DNA from: an uncultured Ruminococcus sp.
GTDB lineage: Bacteria > Bacillota > Clostridia > Oscillospirales > Ruminococcaceae
Assembly (NCBI GenBank): GCA_964399215.1
Contig: CAYNPW010000002.1
Coordinates: 41,554-105,553 of the forward strand
Direction: 5' to 3'
DNA length: 64,000 nt
Shown here in pieces: positions 26,204 to 36,321 of the stretch. A program made the translations under genes and the position numbers. The number at the start of each line of letters is the position of its first letter. Position 1 is the first letter of the stretch. A model generated the notes under the pieces. The model made no database searches and was not told the origin of the DNA. It worked only from the letters and a program-made list of their open reading frames with translations.

Positions 26204-27457
26204 ATGAAAATTAAAAAAATTCTTGCTCTTGCGGCAGCATGCATGGTTGCGGTAAGCTCTTTTGTGGCATGCGGCGAAAAGGCTGACGACGGCGTAAGTA
26301 AGTCCGAAAGTGCGGCGGAGGAAAGCTCTGCTGCTGAGAAAGTGCCTGAAACAGATGAGGAGTGGCACCAGGCAATGCTGGACAAGGCTATGGTATCCTA
26401 TGGCAATACCTATATGATGCAGGAGGTTATAAAGCGGGCTCAGGCAGGCGAGGAAGTCAAGATTGCCTATCTTGGAGGTTCTATTACCGAAGGAATATCG
26501 GCAGGTCCTGATGATTGTTATGCAAAGCTGACATATGAGCATTTTGCGGAGATTTACGGTACCGGAGACAATGTTAAATATCACAATGCGGGATTAAGCG
26601 GTACCCCCTCAAAGCTGGGAATACTCAGACTGGATAGAGATGTGCTTTCCGAGGATCCCGACATAGTGTTCATTGAATTTGCGGTAAACGACGGTTCTGA
26701 GCCTGATTATCAGAACGCCTATGAATCTATAGTTCAGACTCTTTTACAGAGGGATATTGCGGTAGTACTGCTGTTCTCCGTAACGGAGGAGGATTATTCC
26801 GCTCAGGATTATATGAAGGAGATCGGTTACGCTTACGATCTTCCGATGATTTCATATTGTGACGCTCTGCGGTATCTTTTTGAGAATGACAGAATGACCT
26901 GGCAGGATTTTTCCGACGATCAGTCTCATCCTAATATTGAGGGACATAAGCTGGTTGCCGAAATGGTTGATTATTACTTTGATACCGTAATAGACATTGA
27001 GCCTACAGGCGAGTATATTATGCCGATAGACTATATTTATTCCCCCAGAGAGATAAACGCTCATATGGTTGAAAATGACAGTATAACGCCAATAAGTCTG
27101 GGAAGCTGGACGGAAGGCTCGGAAATTGCAAGCTTTACAAAAGGTTGGTCACACAAGTCTGATGCCGGCAATGAACCGATAGTATTTGAAATGGACGCAA
27201 AGTTTGTCTATATGATCTATCATGAAGCGAATCAGGGCAATTACGGAAAGCTCCACGTTAAAATCACAGTTGACGGCGAGCTTTACGATGAAACCGATTA
27301 TACGGTACTGAGTCCAAGCGGTTGGGGCAATGCTCAGGTACAGAATATTGCTATGGAGCCTGCGAATACAAAATACAGAGTGGAGATTTCAATGGCAGAG
27401 GGAGATGAAGAAACCTTTGCAGAAATTCTCGGCTTTGGATATACGGTTGATGATTAG
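26204..27457 (+). CDS. SGNH/GDSL-type hydrolase lipoprotein with extra C-terminal beta domain
   Basis: Lipobox SSFVACGEK. SGNH blocks YLGGSITEG (block I), EFAVNDG (block III) and DDQSHPN (block V). ATG 26204 is preferred over the track start. Confidence 0.7.
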   Translation: MKIKKILALAAACMVAVSSFVACGEKADDGVSKSESAAEESSAAEKVPETDEEWHQAMLDKAMVSYGNTYMMQEVIKRAQAGEEVKIAYLGGSITEGISAGPDDCYAKLTYEHFAEIYGTGDNVKYHNAGLSGTPSKLGILRLDRDVLSEDPDIVFIEFAVNDGSEPDYQNAYESIVQTLLQRDIAVVLLFSVTEEDYSAQDYMKEIGYAYDLPMISYCDALRYLFENDRMTWQDFSDDQSHPNIEGHKLVAEMVDYYFDTVIDIEPTGEYIMPIDYIYSPREINAHMVENDSITPISLGSWTEGSEIASFTKGWSHKSDAGNEPIVFEMDAKFVYMIYHEANQGNYGKLHVKITVDGELYDETDYTVLSPSGWGNAQVQNIAMEPANTKYRVEISMAEGDEETFAEILGFGYTVDD

Positions 27458-27464
27458 TTTACAA

Positions 27465-27539
27465 AAATGCCCCCCTTCTTTAGACTTGTTTTGGGTATGC
27501 TTATGTTATACCAAATTGTCTAACAAAAGGGGAGCATTT
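27465..27539. terminator. long imperfect hairpin (about 33 bp arms) between convergent genes
   Basis: The left arm AAATGCCCCCCTTCTTTAGACTTGTTTTGGGTAT pairs with the right arm ATACCAAATTGTCTAACAAAAGGGGAGCATTT. The loop is GCTTATGTT (27499..27507). Confidence 0.6.
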
Positions 27540-27619
27540 CATAAGAGCGATATTTTTATTTAACAAAACCTTTTGGATCAAATATCGTCCTTATTATAGA
27601 ATAGAGAAATTGAAAAGGC

Positions 27620-28795
27620 TTAGTATTTCACAGTAAATTTAACTCTGTGATTGCCGTTCTCATCATCGTCGATCATTTCAGCCTTTTCTATGGTGATAGG
27701 CGTTGTGGGCGATGAAATCGCACCGTCAGTACCTGTAACTCTCTTTACCTCAAGGAATCCGTCAACCGTTTCCATACCCTCTGTGACCTCTCCGAATGCG
27801 GCGTAGCTGCCGTCAAGGAATGTGCAGTCATCGGAATAGCAGATAAAGAACTGGCTTGACGCGCTGTCCATATCCTGACCGTTTCTTGCCATGGATACTA
27901 TGCCGCGCTTATGACTCAGGTCATTTTCAACACCGTTTTCTGAGAACTCGCCCTTTATAGTCTCATCTGAGCCGCCCATTCCGGTACCCTCCGGGTCGCC
28001 GCCTTGCGCCATAAAGCCCTCTACGACTCTGTGGAATGTAAGTCCGTCGTAAAATCCCTCTTTTACCAGCTTTTCAAAGTTCTCACAGGTTATAGGAGCT
28101 TTATCGGCATAAAGAGTTATTATAAATTCTCCCTCTACCTGCTCTCTCGGAGCTGCCTCGGTGAAATCCATATAGAACCTTACTCTGTGATTTCCGTCTG
28201 CGTCATCGTCGATCATTTCAGCCTTGACTATTGTGATAGGAGTATCGGGTACTGCGATCTCTCCCATTGAGTTTTCACTTCTGTCAACATTGAGAAAGCT
28301 GTCTACAACGTCCATACCTTCAGTAACCTCGCCGAATGCAGCATAGCTTCCGTCAAGGAAGGAACAATCGTCATAACAGATAAAGAACTGGCTTGACGCA
28401 CTGTTATAATCCTGACTTCTTGCCATAGATACTATACCTCTCGTATGACTGAGAGTATTTTCAACTCCGTTGTCTGAAAACTCGCCCTTTATAGTTTCGT
28501 CGGAGCCGCCCGAACCTGTGCCCTCCGGATCTCCTCCCTGAGCCATAAATCCGTCAACTACTCTGTGGAACGTAAGACCGTCGTAAAATCCCTCTTTTAC
28601 CAGTTTTTCAAAGTTTTCGCAGGTTATGGGAGCATTGTCCGCATACAGCGTTATTGTAAACGCCTTGCTGTCGTCAACATCCGCGTCTGATTTTCCTGAG
28701 CTGTTATCAGTACTTCCGCAGCCCGAAAAAGCAGTTAGCGTCACCGCCGCCGCCAAGCACAGAGCAGCGGATTTTAAAAGCTTTGTGAATTTCAT
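27620..28795 (-). CDS. lipoprotein with two tandem cyclophilin-type peptidyl-prolyl isomerase domains
   Basis: Lipobox TAFSGCGS. There are two copies of ..ITLYAD.APITCENFEKLVKEGFYDGLTFHRVV.GFMAQGGDP.GTG.GGS..IKGEF...SQFFICY, offset by 178 aa. Confidence 0.9.
   Translation of the reverse strand: MKFTKLLKSAALCLAAAVTLTAFSGCGSTDNSSGKSDADVDDSKAFTITLYADNAPITCENFEKLVKEGFYDGLTFHRVVDGFMAQGGDPEGTGSGGSDETIKGEFSDNGVENTLSHTRGIVSMARSQDYNSASSQFFICYDDCSFLDGSYAAFGEVTEGMDVVDSFLNVDRSENSMGEIAVPDTPITIVKAEMIDDDADGNHRVRFYMDFTEAAPREQVEGEFIITLYADKAPITCENFEKLVKEGFYDGLTFHRVVEGFMAQGGDPEGTGMGGSDETIKGEFSENGVENDLSHKRGIVSMARNGQDMDSASSQFFICYSDDCTFLDGSYAAFGEVTEGMETVDGFLEVKRVTGTDGAISSPTTPITIEKAEMIDDDENGNHRVKFTVKY
27623..28660 (-). 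repeat. intragenic tandem duplication, period 534 nt (two cyclophilin-domain units)
   Basis: Unit 1 spans about 28660..28127 and unit 2 about 28126..27623. Long runs are nearly identical at the DNA level, for example 28008..28120 versus 28542..28654. Confidence 0.85.
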
Positions 28796-29003
28796 TTGAT
28801 TAGTCCTTTCATTATAAAATCATTTTAAAATTACCATATAATTATATCATTAGCCGAGTAAAAAATCAATATAAAGCTGTACATTTCACCGAAATTTCAT
28901 TTTTTGCGGGCTTTGCCTGTTGACATTCGGATGCTACAGATGTATAATTATAATGCTTTTCAGAAAAATAATACATATTAAGCCAAAAGAAGGAATGACT
29001 ACA

Positions 29004-31679
29004 ATGCAAAAAATAAAAAAAATGCTGCCCTTTATTATCCCGCCTATAGCGGTAATGTTTATATTGGGCCTTAATTTCTATAACAACGACGTTTTTCCCT
29101 TTGGTAACGGAACTATCGCCTGGTGCGATATGACTCAGCAAGTAATACCTTTGCTTGCCGACTTAAAGGATATACTTGCAGGCAAAGCGGGAGTTTTCCT
29201 AAACTTCCAAAACGCAGGCGGAATGAATATGTGGGCTGTAATATTCTTCTTTGTGGCAAGCCCTTTTTCTCTGCTTGTTGCCTTTGTTGAAAAGACGAAT
29301 ATTATTTATTTTGTAAATATACTGCTTTTCTTAAAGCTTATGACCTGCTCGGTAACGTCTATGGTCTATTTCAAAAGCTGTCAGAAACAGCTCCCCGATA
29401 TATGGGCGGTAATATTCAGCGTAGTGTATGCTTTCAGCGGATATGCAATGCTGTACTATCAGAATATCATCTGGCTGGATATGATGTATCTTTTTCCCCT
29501 GCTGATAGTAGCGTTCCGCAGTATGTTCGAGAACAAAAAGATAGCGCCATATGTTGCGGTTATGACGGCATTTATGATCGTAAACTATTATATAAGCTAT
29601 ATGATAGTTGTTTACATTCTTCTGTTTATGGGACTTTTCTGTTTCAGATACCGCAAGGACGAAAATTACAGACAGGCTCCTGTTCATTTTGTAATAGGCT
29701 CTCTGCTGGCGGCTTTTCTGTCCGCCGTGGTATGGATACCAAGCTTTATACAGTATCTCGGCAGCGGACGTACCGAAGGATTTTTCGACAAGGTTAGAGA
29801 AAGCGGATTTTTCACTCCCTATCAGACAACATTCCCCACAATAATCTCAACCGTATCAGTTATAGCCCTTACAGCCGTTTGCCTTCTGGACGGCAAGAAC
29901 AGGTCTAAAAAGCTCAATACCTATCTTATAATGCTATTTCTAATGCTCATACCGCTGTATATTGAGCCTGTAAATATTATGTGGCATACGGGAAGCTATA
30001 TGTCCTTCCCGAGCCGATTCGGATTTATCACAGAGTTTATTCTCATTATCTGCGCCGGACATTTTCTCAGAAACGATGACAAGCTGAGATGTCCCAAAGA
30101 AAAAAAGCATTGCGATAACGCTCTGCTGATTGTCGGAGGTTCAGGCATTGTATATCTTTTCTACGCTTACTCGCTAAATTTTGTCGAAGGAAACCGCGAG
30201 GACTTTTCAGCCTATACCAGAGGCTTGTGGGGCAACGATACTTCATTCCACCTTGCGATCAGGCTGGGTATCATAGCGGGCTTTATTTACACTCTGATGT
30301 ATCTTATTTACCGCAAGGGATATTTTTCAAAGCAGATACTTGCGCTGTTTGTGGCGGTCATTGCGGGCGTCGAGGCTTACTGCAACGTATCGGTTTATAT
30401 GTCCTCCCCTCACATGAATAATCCTGAGCGCGCTGTAAATCAGCAAAAGGTAGTTGACCTTGCCGATAAAATTGACGACGACAGCGGTTTTTACAGAGTA
30501 AATACCACCGAAAAGCTGTTTGATATAAATCTTGTGGGGGCTATGGGCTATAATTCCATAAGCCATTACACTTCGCTGACAAGCGAGGATTATATGTTTA
30601 TGATGAAACGTCTTGGATACTCCTCCTACTGGATGGAGGTAGGCTCCTACGGAGGCACAGAGCTGACCGACGCCCTTATGTCCATAAAATATACGATCTC
30701 TAATAATCAGCCCAAAGCGGATACTGTTTATTACAATGATTCGTATGCCATTGACGAGAGCGGATATTATCTCCCGTCGGGGCTGGTGATTTCGGACGAT
30801 AAGGACTGTTCAAGGGCATTTTCCGAAATGACAAGAGCGGAGATACAGCAGTATGTATATGAAAACACTATCGGTACTCAGGGCGATACTCTAATAACCT
30901 CATACGAATGTGATACCCCCGATGCAATAATCAAACGACCCGACGGCACATATCAGCTGCCTATGTATCTTGCACCAAACTCCACATTGACTTACACCGT
31001 TGATGTAAAAGGCAGACAAAGCCTGTATTTCGACTGCTTTAACATACCCTCAAACAATCTGAGTGAGGAGATCAATAAAAGCTTTTATGTTCAGGTCAAC
31101 GGTATAACGATCGCAAGCGAATATCCTACCCAGAAGCAGAACGGTCTGCTAAGTCTGGGCGAATATGAAGACGAACGTGTTACTGTAACAATAAGACAGC
31201 TAAAGGAATGCGAATGTCGATCATTCGGCGTTTTCGGACTTGACCTTGATAAGCTGGAGAGCAGTATCGCTTCTGCCAAAACAGTCAATTTTTCCGCCGA
31301 CAAGGGAACTCTCAGCGGCAGCATAACAGCACAGACAGGAGAAAAATGTCTGATTGCAATCCCCTACAGCGATACCTTGAAAATCAAGATCAACGGCAAA
31401 TCCGCCGATTATGAAAAGAGCTTTGACGACTTGGTGGTTATCACGCTTACTGAGGGAGAAAACGAAATTACCGTAACAAATTTTCCTAAAGGATTTACGG
31501 CAGGAATAATTTTCACAGTGATCGGAATCGCGCTGTGCGTACTTTACAGACTAGCCGGCGTAAAAATGGAACCCGACGATAAGATATGCAAGGCTTTCGG
31601 ATATCTTCTTATAGCTGCGGGAGCTATGGTACTGGCGGTTATTTATATCATACCTGTGATAATCAATTTACGGAGTTGA
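29004..31679 (+). CDS. YfhO-family polytopic membrane protein (glycosyltransferase-C fold, cell-envelope glycopolymer modification)
   Basis: About 890 aa with many N-terminal TM helices, a large extracytoplasmic C-domain and a terminal TM. The N-terminus has the YfhO-family pattern MLPFIIPPIAVMFILGLNFYNNDVFPFGNGTIAWCDMTQQ. ATG 29004 is chosen by RBS spacing. Confidence 0.7.
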   Translation: MQKIKKMLPFIIPPIAVMFILGLNFYNNDVFPFGNGTIAWCDMTQQVIPLLADLKDILAGKAGVFLNFQNAGGMNMWAVIFFFVASPFSLLVAFVEKTNIIYFVNILLFLKLMTCSVTSMVYFKSCQKQLPDIWAVIFSVVYAFSGYAMLYYQNIIWLDMMYLFPLLIVAFRSMFENKKIAPYVAVMTAFMIVNYYISYMIVVYILLFMGLFCFRYRKDENYRQAPVHFVIGSLLAAFLSAVVWIPSFIQYLGSGRTEGFFDKVRESGFFTPYQTTFPTIISTVSVIALTAVCLLDGKNRSKKLNTYLIMLFLMLIPLYIEPVNIMWHTGSYMSFPSRFGFITEFILIICAGHFLRNDDKLRCPKEKKHCDNALLIVGGSGIVYLFYAYSLNFVEGNREDFSAYTRGLWGNDTSFHLAIRLGIIAGFIYTLMYLIYRKGYFSKQILALFVAVIAGVEAYCNVSVYMSSPHMNNPERAVNQQKVVDLADKIDDDSGFYRVNTTEKLFDINLVGAMGYNSISHYTSLTSEDYMFMMKRLGYSSYWMEVGSYGGTELTDALMSIKYTISNNQPKADTVYYNDSYAIDESGYYLPSGLVISDDKDCSRAFSEMTRAEIQQYVYENTIGTQGDTLITSYECDTPDAIIKRPDGTYQLPMYLAPNSTLTYTVDVKGRQSLYFDCFNIPSNNLSEEINKSFYVQVNGITIASEYPTQKQNGLLSLGEYEDERVTVTIRQLKECECRSFGVFGLDLDKLESSIASAKTVNFSADKGTLSGSITAQTGEKCLIAIPYSDTLKIKINGKSADYEKSFDDLVVITLTEGENEITVTNFPKGFTAGIIFTVIGIALCVLYRLAGVKMEPDDKICKAFGYLLIAAGAMVLAVIYIIPVIINLRS

Positions 31680-31690
31680 TCTGACTACAG

Positions 31691-31730
31691 AAAACGGGAG
31701 GTAAAAAGCCTCCCGTTTTCGTTTTCTTTT
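31691..31730. terminator. bidirectional terminator (yfhO-like / clpB)
   Basis: AAAACGGGAGG (31691..31701) pairs with CCTCCCGTTTT (31709..31719), then CGTTTTCTTTT. Confidence 0.8.
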
Positions 31731-31790
31731 ATGTTACTACTGCAAAAACAGCAAAAGAGAGGATCCGCTCCTCCCTTTTGTCTGCTATAT

Positions 31791-34397
31791 TTATCTCCTG
31801 ATCTCTACACAGAAATTACCGTTTTCATAATCTACTGTCATTGCGCTGTCAGGCTCGGGATCGTCTGCAATTATTTTCTTTGCTATGAGAGTTTCGATCT
31901 TGCTCTGTATGAAACGTCTCAGCGGTCTTGCACCAAAGCTTACGTCGTAGCCCTGTTCTACTATAGACTCTTTTGCTTTGTCAGAAACCTCTATCTTTAT
32001 ACGCTTATCCGCAAGTCTGTCCTCAAGACTTTTCAGCATAAGATCAACTATCTTGTAAATCTCCGACTTCATCAGCGGCTTGTAATAAATTATCTCGTCG
32101 AGACGATTAAGAAACTCGGGTCTAAACTGCTGTCTTAGAAGTACCTCCACCTGCTTTTTAGCTGTCTCGGAAATATCTCCATTTTCGTCGATACCCTCGA
32201 GGATATACGGCGAACCGAGATTTGAGGTCAATATGATAACGGTATTCTTGAAATCAACGGTACGTCCCTGAGAATCGGTGATCCTGCCGTCGTCAAGCAC
32301 CTGCAAAAGTATATTGAAAACATCGGGGTGAGCCTTCTCTATCTCGTCCAGCAGTACTACCGAGTACGGCTTTCTTCTCACAGCCTCGGTAAGCTGGCCG
32401 CCCTCCTCGTAGCCCACATATCCGGGAGGCGCTCCGATAAGTCTTGATACGCTGAATTTCTCCATATATTCCGACATATCTATACGCACCATATTGTTTT
32501 CGTCGTCGAACAGCGCCTGAGCAAGAGTTTTGGCAAGCTCCGTCTTGCCCACGCCTGTAGGTCCTAAGAACAGAAACGAACCGATAGGCTGATTTGGATT
32601 TGCTATTCCCGCTCTTGAACGCAGAATAGCTTCGGATACCTTTTCCACCGCTTCGTTCTGACCAATAACTCTTTCGTGAAGAATATCCTCCAGTCTGAGA
32701 AGCTTTTCACGCTCTCCCTCCATAAGCTTCGCTACGGGTATTCCTGTCCAGCGGCAGATAATGCGGGCTATCTCCTCGTCTGTGACCTTGTCTCTCAGCA
32801 GAGTATTTTTCGTAACGGACTGCTCGGCGTTCTTTTCCTCGTCCGCAAGCTGTTTCTGTAAATCGGAAAGTCTGCCGTATTTAAGCTCGGCAAGCTTTGA
32901 CAGATCGTAATCTCTTTCAGCCTGCTTTATCTCCTTGGAGCATTCCTCTATCTCCTCCCTAAGCTTCTGCACCTTTGAAATAGCGGACTTCTCATTCTCC
33001 CATTTTGCCTTCATTGCATTGAACTTCTCGCGCATCTCGGAAAGCTCCTTCTGAACCTCCTGCAAATGCTCCTCGGCAAGCTTGTCTTTTTCTTTTTTCA
33101 GAACCGTTTCCTCTATCTCGTGCTGGAGTATCTTACGTCTTATTTCGTCAAGCTCCGTAGGCATAGAGTCCATTTCGGTGCGGATAAGAGCGCAGGCTTC
33201 GTCCACAAGGTCTATAGCTTTATCGGGAAGAAACCTGTCGGTGATATATCTGTCCGATAACACAGCGGCTGTTATAAGCGCCTGATCCTGAATTTTTACG
33301 CCGTGAAAGACTTCGTAGCGTTCCTTAAGTCCTCTTAGGATAGAAATGGTGTCCTCAACGGTAGGCTCGTCAACCATAACGGGCTGGAAGCGTCTTTCGA
33401 GGGCGGCGTCCTTTTCAATATACTGTCTGTATTCGTTGAGGGTTGTCGCTCCTATACAGTGCAGCTCGCCCCTTGCGAGCATAGGCTTTAAAAGGTTGCC
33501 TGCGTCCATTGCGCCGTCGGATTTTCCTGCACCTACGATAGTATGCAGTTCATCTATAAACAGAATAATTCTTCCCTCAGATTTTTTTATCTCCTCTACC
33601 ACAGCCTTGAAACGTTCCTCAAATTCACCGCGGTACTTTGCTCCTGCTATTATTGAGCCCATGTCCAGTGAGAAAACCTGTCTGTCCTTTAAGCTGTCCG
33701 GAACGTCTCCGCTGACGATACGCTGGGCAAGTCCCTCCGCAACCGCAGTTTTTCCTACTCCCGGCTCTCCTATAAGCACAGGATTGTTCTTGGTCTTACG
33801 GGACAGGATTCTGATAACGTTTCTTATCTCGCTGTCACGTCCGATAACGGGATCAAGCTTATTCTGCCTTGCAAGCTCCACAAGGTCCTGACCGTACTTT
33901 TTAAGGACGTCATAAGTTTCCTCAGGGTTCTGACTTGTGACCTTTGCGTTTCCTCTCACACCTTTAAGAACTTTTAAAAATTCTGTTTTCTTGATTCCAT
34001 AGGTCTTGAAAATCTCCGACAAAGCCTTATTAGGACAGTCTATAATTCCCATAAATATATGCTCTACGGAAACATACTCGTCCTTCATTCGCTCAGCCTC
34101 GCTTTCCGCCTCGGCAAGCGCCCTGTCAAGCTCGGAGGAAATATACACCTGCCCCTGAGCGCGTCCGCCGACTGTGACCTTCGGCAGACTGTTCACAGCA
34201 TTTGTGAGAGAATTCACAAAGCTGTCCGCATTAACGTTCATTTTAGTCAAAAGCTGTGGGATAAGTCCGTTTTCATCTGAGCACAGAGCGATCATTAGAT
34301 GCTCCTGATCAACTGCCTGATTTGAATAACGAGCAGCAACCGACTGTGCCTCCTGAACAGCCTCCAACGATTTTTGTGTGAATTTCTGAAAGTTCAT
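31791..34397 (-). CDS. clpB: ATP-dependent chaperone ClpB
   Basis: 868 aa with two AAA+ modules (GEPGVGKT and GPTGVGKT Walker A) separated by the long coiled-coil M-domain, plus a Clp N-domain. Confidence 0.95.
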   Translation of the reverse strand: MNFQKFTQKSLEAVQEAQSVAARYSNQAVDQEHLMIALCSDENGLIPQLLTKMNVNADSFVNSLTNAVNSLPKVTVGGRAQGQVYISSELDRALAEAESEAERMKDEYVSVEHIFMGIIDCPNKALSEIFKTYGIKKTEFLKVLKGVRGNAKVTSQNPEETYDVLKKYGQDLVELARQNKLDPVIGRDSEIRNVIRILSRKTKNNPVLIGEPGVGKTAVAEGLAQRIVSGDVPDSLKDRQVFSLDMGSIIAGAKYRGEFEERFKAVVEEIKKSEGRIILFIDELHTIVGAGKSDGAMDAGNLLKPMLARGELHCIGATTLNEYRQYIEKDAALERRFQPVMVDEPTVEDTISILRGLKERYEVFHGVKIQDQALITAAVLSDRYITDRFLPDKAIDLVDEACALIRTEMDSMPTELDEIRRKILQHEIEETVLKKEKDKLAEEHLQEVQKELSEMREKFNAMKAKWENEKSAISKVQKLREEIEECSKEIKQAERDYDLSKLAELKYGRLSDLQKQLADEEKNAEQSVTKNTLLRDKVTDEEIARIICRWTGIPVAKLMEGEREKLLRLEDILHERVIGQNEAVEKVSEAILRSRAGIANPNQPIGSFLFLGPTGVGKTELAKTLAQALFDDENNMVRIDMSEYMEKFSVSRLIGAPPGYVGYEEGGQLTEAVRRKPYSVVLLDEIEKAHPDVFNILLQVLDDGRITDSQGRTVDFKNTVIILTSNLGSPYILEGIDENGDISETAKKQVEVLLRQQFRPEFLNRLDEIIYYKPLMKSEIYKIVDLMLKSLEDRLADKRIKIEVSDKAKESIVEQGYDVSFGARPLRRFIQSKIETLIAKKIIADDPEPDSAMTVDYENGNFCVEIRR

Positions 34398-34505
34398 AGT
34401 AAAGCCTCCTTTTTGATGTACAATTATTAACTAAGCCTGTAAACAGTAAAATTTATTTTTATACAGAACCTCCCTGCGGGAAGCCGCTTTTTTCAATAAC
34501 AATTA

Positions 34506-35162
34506 TCAAAGTACAATAATTCCTTTTTTCAGATGTTCTCGGTAATATTTATCAACTTCATCGAAATCTCTGCTCTCTTCTGACAAATTATCGAAATATT
34601 TCTGTATGCATTTATCCATAAGCTGTATATATTCGCCTATGGCGTTACCTATCTGCTCGTCCGTAAGCCTGTCGGCATTGGGAGAATAGAAATCTCTTGT
34701 ATACCTGCCGTCGGCAATCTCAGACGGAACTCCCTTGGTAAAAAGCTTTGCAAGGTATTTGTTCTCTATCTTGTCCCAGAACTCAAAAAATCCCTCAATG
34801 GCGTTGATAAGCTGTGCACTCTGAGTTCTGAACTGTACTTTTAATCTTCCTACCTTGCCGCTGAAATTCCTGCTAAGCTCCACGCTGTAACGTATCGTAG
34901 GCTTGTACTTATATTTCAGCGGACTTTTTATGGAGATCATTGCGTCTGAGGGCTGTGCGAGGAATTGAAATCTCGGTTCCATAAGCTGTTCTATGGTAGA
35001 GAATATTTCACGCATTCGCATTTCCGGGGTCAGCAGGCTGAGCTTTTCCGCAAGTATTTGATTTATCAGATTTGAACGGCTTGTATTCATACGGTATGCC
35101 ATTTCGTCAACAGCTTCAACTACCTCGTCTGCAAGAACTATACTGTATACGCTTTTATTCAT
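34506..35162 (-). CDS. ribbon-helix-helix (CopG-like) N-terminal domain protein with about 170 aa C-terminal domain of unknown function
   Basis: ATG 35162 follows GAGGTGA. The N-terminus KSVYSIVLADEVVEAVDEMAYRMNTSRSNLINQILAEKL has the beta-alpha-alpha RHH pattern. Confidence 0.5.
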   Translation of the reverse strand: MNKSVYSIVLADEVVEAVDEMAYRMNTSRSNLINQILAEKLSLLTPEMRMREIFSTIEQLMEPRFQFLAQPSDAMISIKSPLKYKYKPTIRYSVELSRNFSGKVGRLKVQFRTQSAQLINAIEGFFEFWDKIENKYLAKLFTKGVPSEIADGRYTRDFYSPNADRLTDEQIGNAIGEYIQLMDKCIQKYFDNLSEESRDFDEVDKYYREHLKKGIIVL

Positions 35163-35202
35163 TTGTATCACCTCGTAAGTATATATTTCTTTCATTATTT
35201 AT

Positions 35203-35231
35203 ATTATAGCACCCCATATATAATTTGTCAA
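35203..35231 (-). promoter_or_regulatory. consensus sigma-A promoter TTGACA-17-TATAAT (minus strand) for the RHH gene (and probably clpB)
   Basis: On the minus strand, TTGACA is at 35231..35226 and TATAAT at 35208..35203, with an exact 17 nt spacer. Confidence 0.6.
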
Positions 35232-35389
35232 TAGAATTATATAATTTTAATTGCAAATTATTTATATAGACAACAAATTGCGTCTTTTTGATTTCATTAT
35301 TTGTGCAAATTTACAGAATATACATTGAAAGTATGTCCGTACGGTGATAAAATAATTATTGTATAAATACTATCAAAGGCGGGATCTTC

Positions 35390-36235
35390 TTGACAGTTAT
35401 AATAATGATGCTGACCGTTGTTTTGTGCTATACTATCTGTTCCCTCAGCGACAAATATGCGGTAAGTACAGCAAAATTCAACGGAAACGAATTCACATTT
35501 CTTATGGCGGCGGCAACAGCGGTATTTATGCTTGTATGTCTGCCCTTTCAGGACTGCACATTTACCATAAGCTGGCAGTCCTTTGCGGCGATCGGACTTA
35601 TAGCAGCCTCCAAAATGCTGGAATTTCAAATGGGTGCGCTTGTTTTGTTGGAGCTTTCCGCTTTTGAGCTTAAAGCGTGGCTTGGAATAATACTTTTCAT
35701 AAGCTATATAACAGACATTATCTACGGAACACAGGCAAAAATAATATGCTTTGTTTTTATTGCCCTGACGGCAGCAGGACTTGTGCTTATAGCGCAGCAG
35801 GGACGAAAGGACAATATTAACTACAAAAAAATTTTCATTCCGCTTATAATATACCTTACAGCTAAATTTGGGTACGGATTTGTTATCAAAGCGTTTACAC
35901 CATATATTTCCTCTACAATGCAGCTATTCTGGGCGTTGGCAGTAATGGCGTTAATACTTCTTCCCAAAGCAAAGCCTTGGGAGATTTTCAGAAAAAATCC
36001 AAGGGGCGCTTGGATAGTAATTTTGACAAAGATACCCAATGTTGCGGGACTTCTGTTAGAAAACGCGGTTATTGCTGTAAGTCTGGCAAATTATTCGTTC
36101 ATACAGCCGATGATACTTATTGCATTATTTGTTATCGGACTTGTAAAAAGAGATAAGTATACAAAACTGAGCCTTGCAGGCAGTGTAGTATGTATAGCAG
36201 GCATAGCAGGTTTTCAAATTGCAGGTATAGTATAA
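35390..36235 (+). CDS. polytopic membrane protein, DMT/EamA-like
   Basis: About 280 aa with roughly 9-10 hydrophobic helices and two-fold internal symmetry. The start is uncertain (TTG 35390, or ATG 35405/35408). Confidence 0.5.
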   Translation: MTVIIMMLTVVLCYTICSLSDKYAVSTAKFNGNEFTFLMAAATAVFMLVCLPFQDCTFTISWQSFAAIGLIAASKMLEFQMGALVLLELSAFELKAWLGIILFISYITDIIYGTQAKIICFVFIALTAAGLVLIAQQGRKDNINYKKIFIPLIIYLTAKFGYGFVIKAFTPYISSTMQLFWALAVMALILLPKAKPWEIFRKNPRGAWIVILTKIPNVAGLLLENAVIAVSLANYSFIQPMILIALFVIGLVKRDKYTKLSLAGSVVCIAGIAGFQIAGIV

Positions 36236-36321
36236 CTAAAAATCCCTGTGATTGATTTGAAATATTCATATTCTTCTGTTATAATATCCTTAACATAAAT
36301 CTGTGACGGAGGTAAACGACA

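Noticed and set aside
28920-29003. Upstream extension of the YfhO-like ORF (track start 28920)
   Set aside because: The extension has no RBS. ATG 29004 has AAGGA at a suitable distance, and the family N-terminus begins with the first TM helix.
34398-34505. Search for a CIRCE or CtsR operator and a separate promoter in front of clpB
   Set aside because: There is no TTAGCACTC-N9-GAGTGCTAA and no GGTCAAA direct repeats. Only weak -10/-35 candidates are present. The absence is reported rather than any feature.
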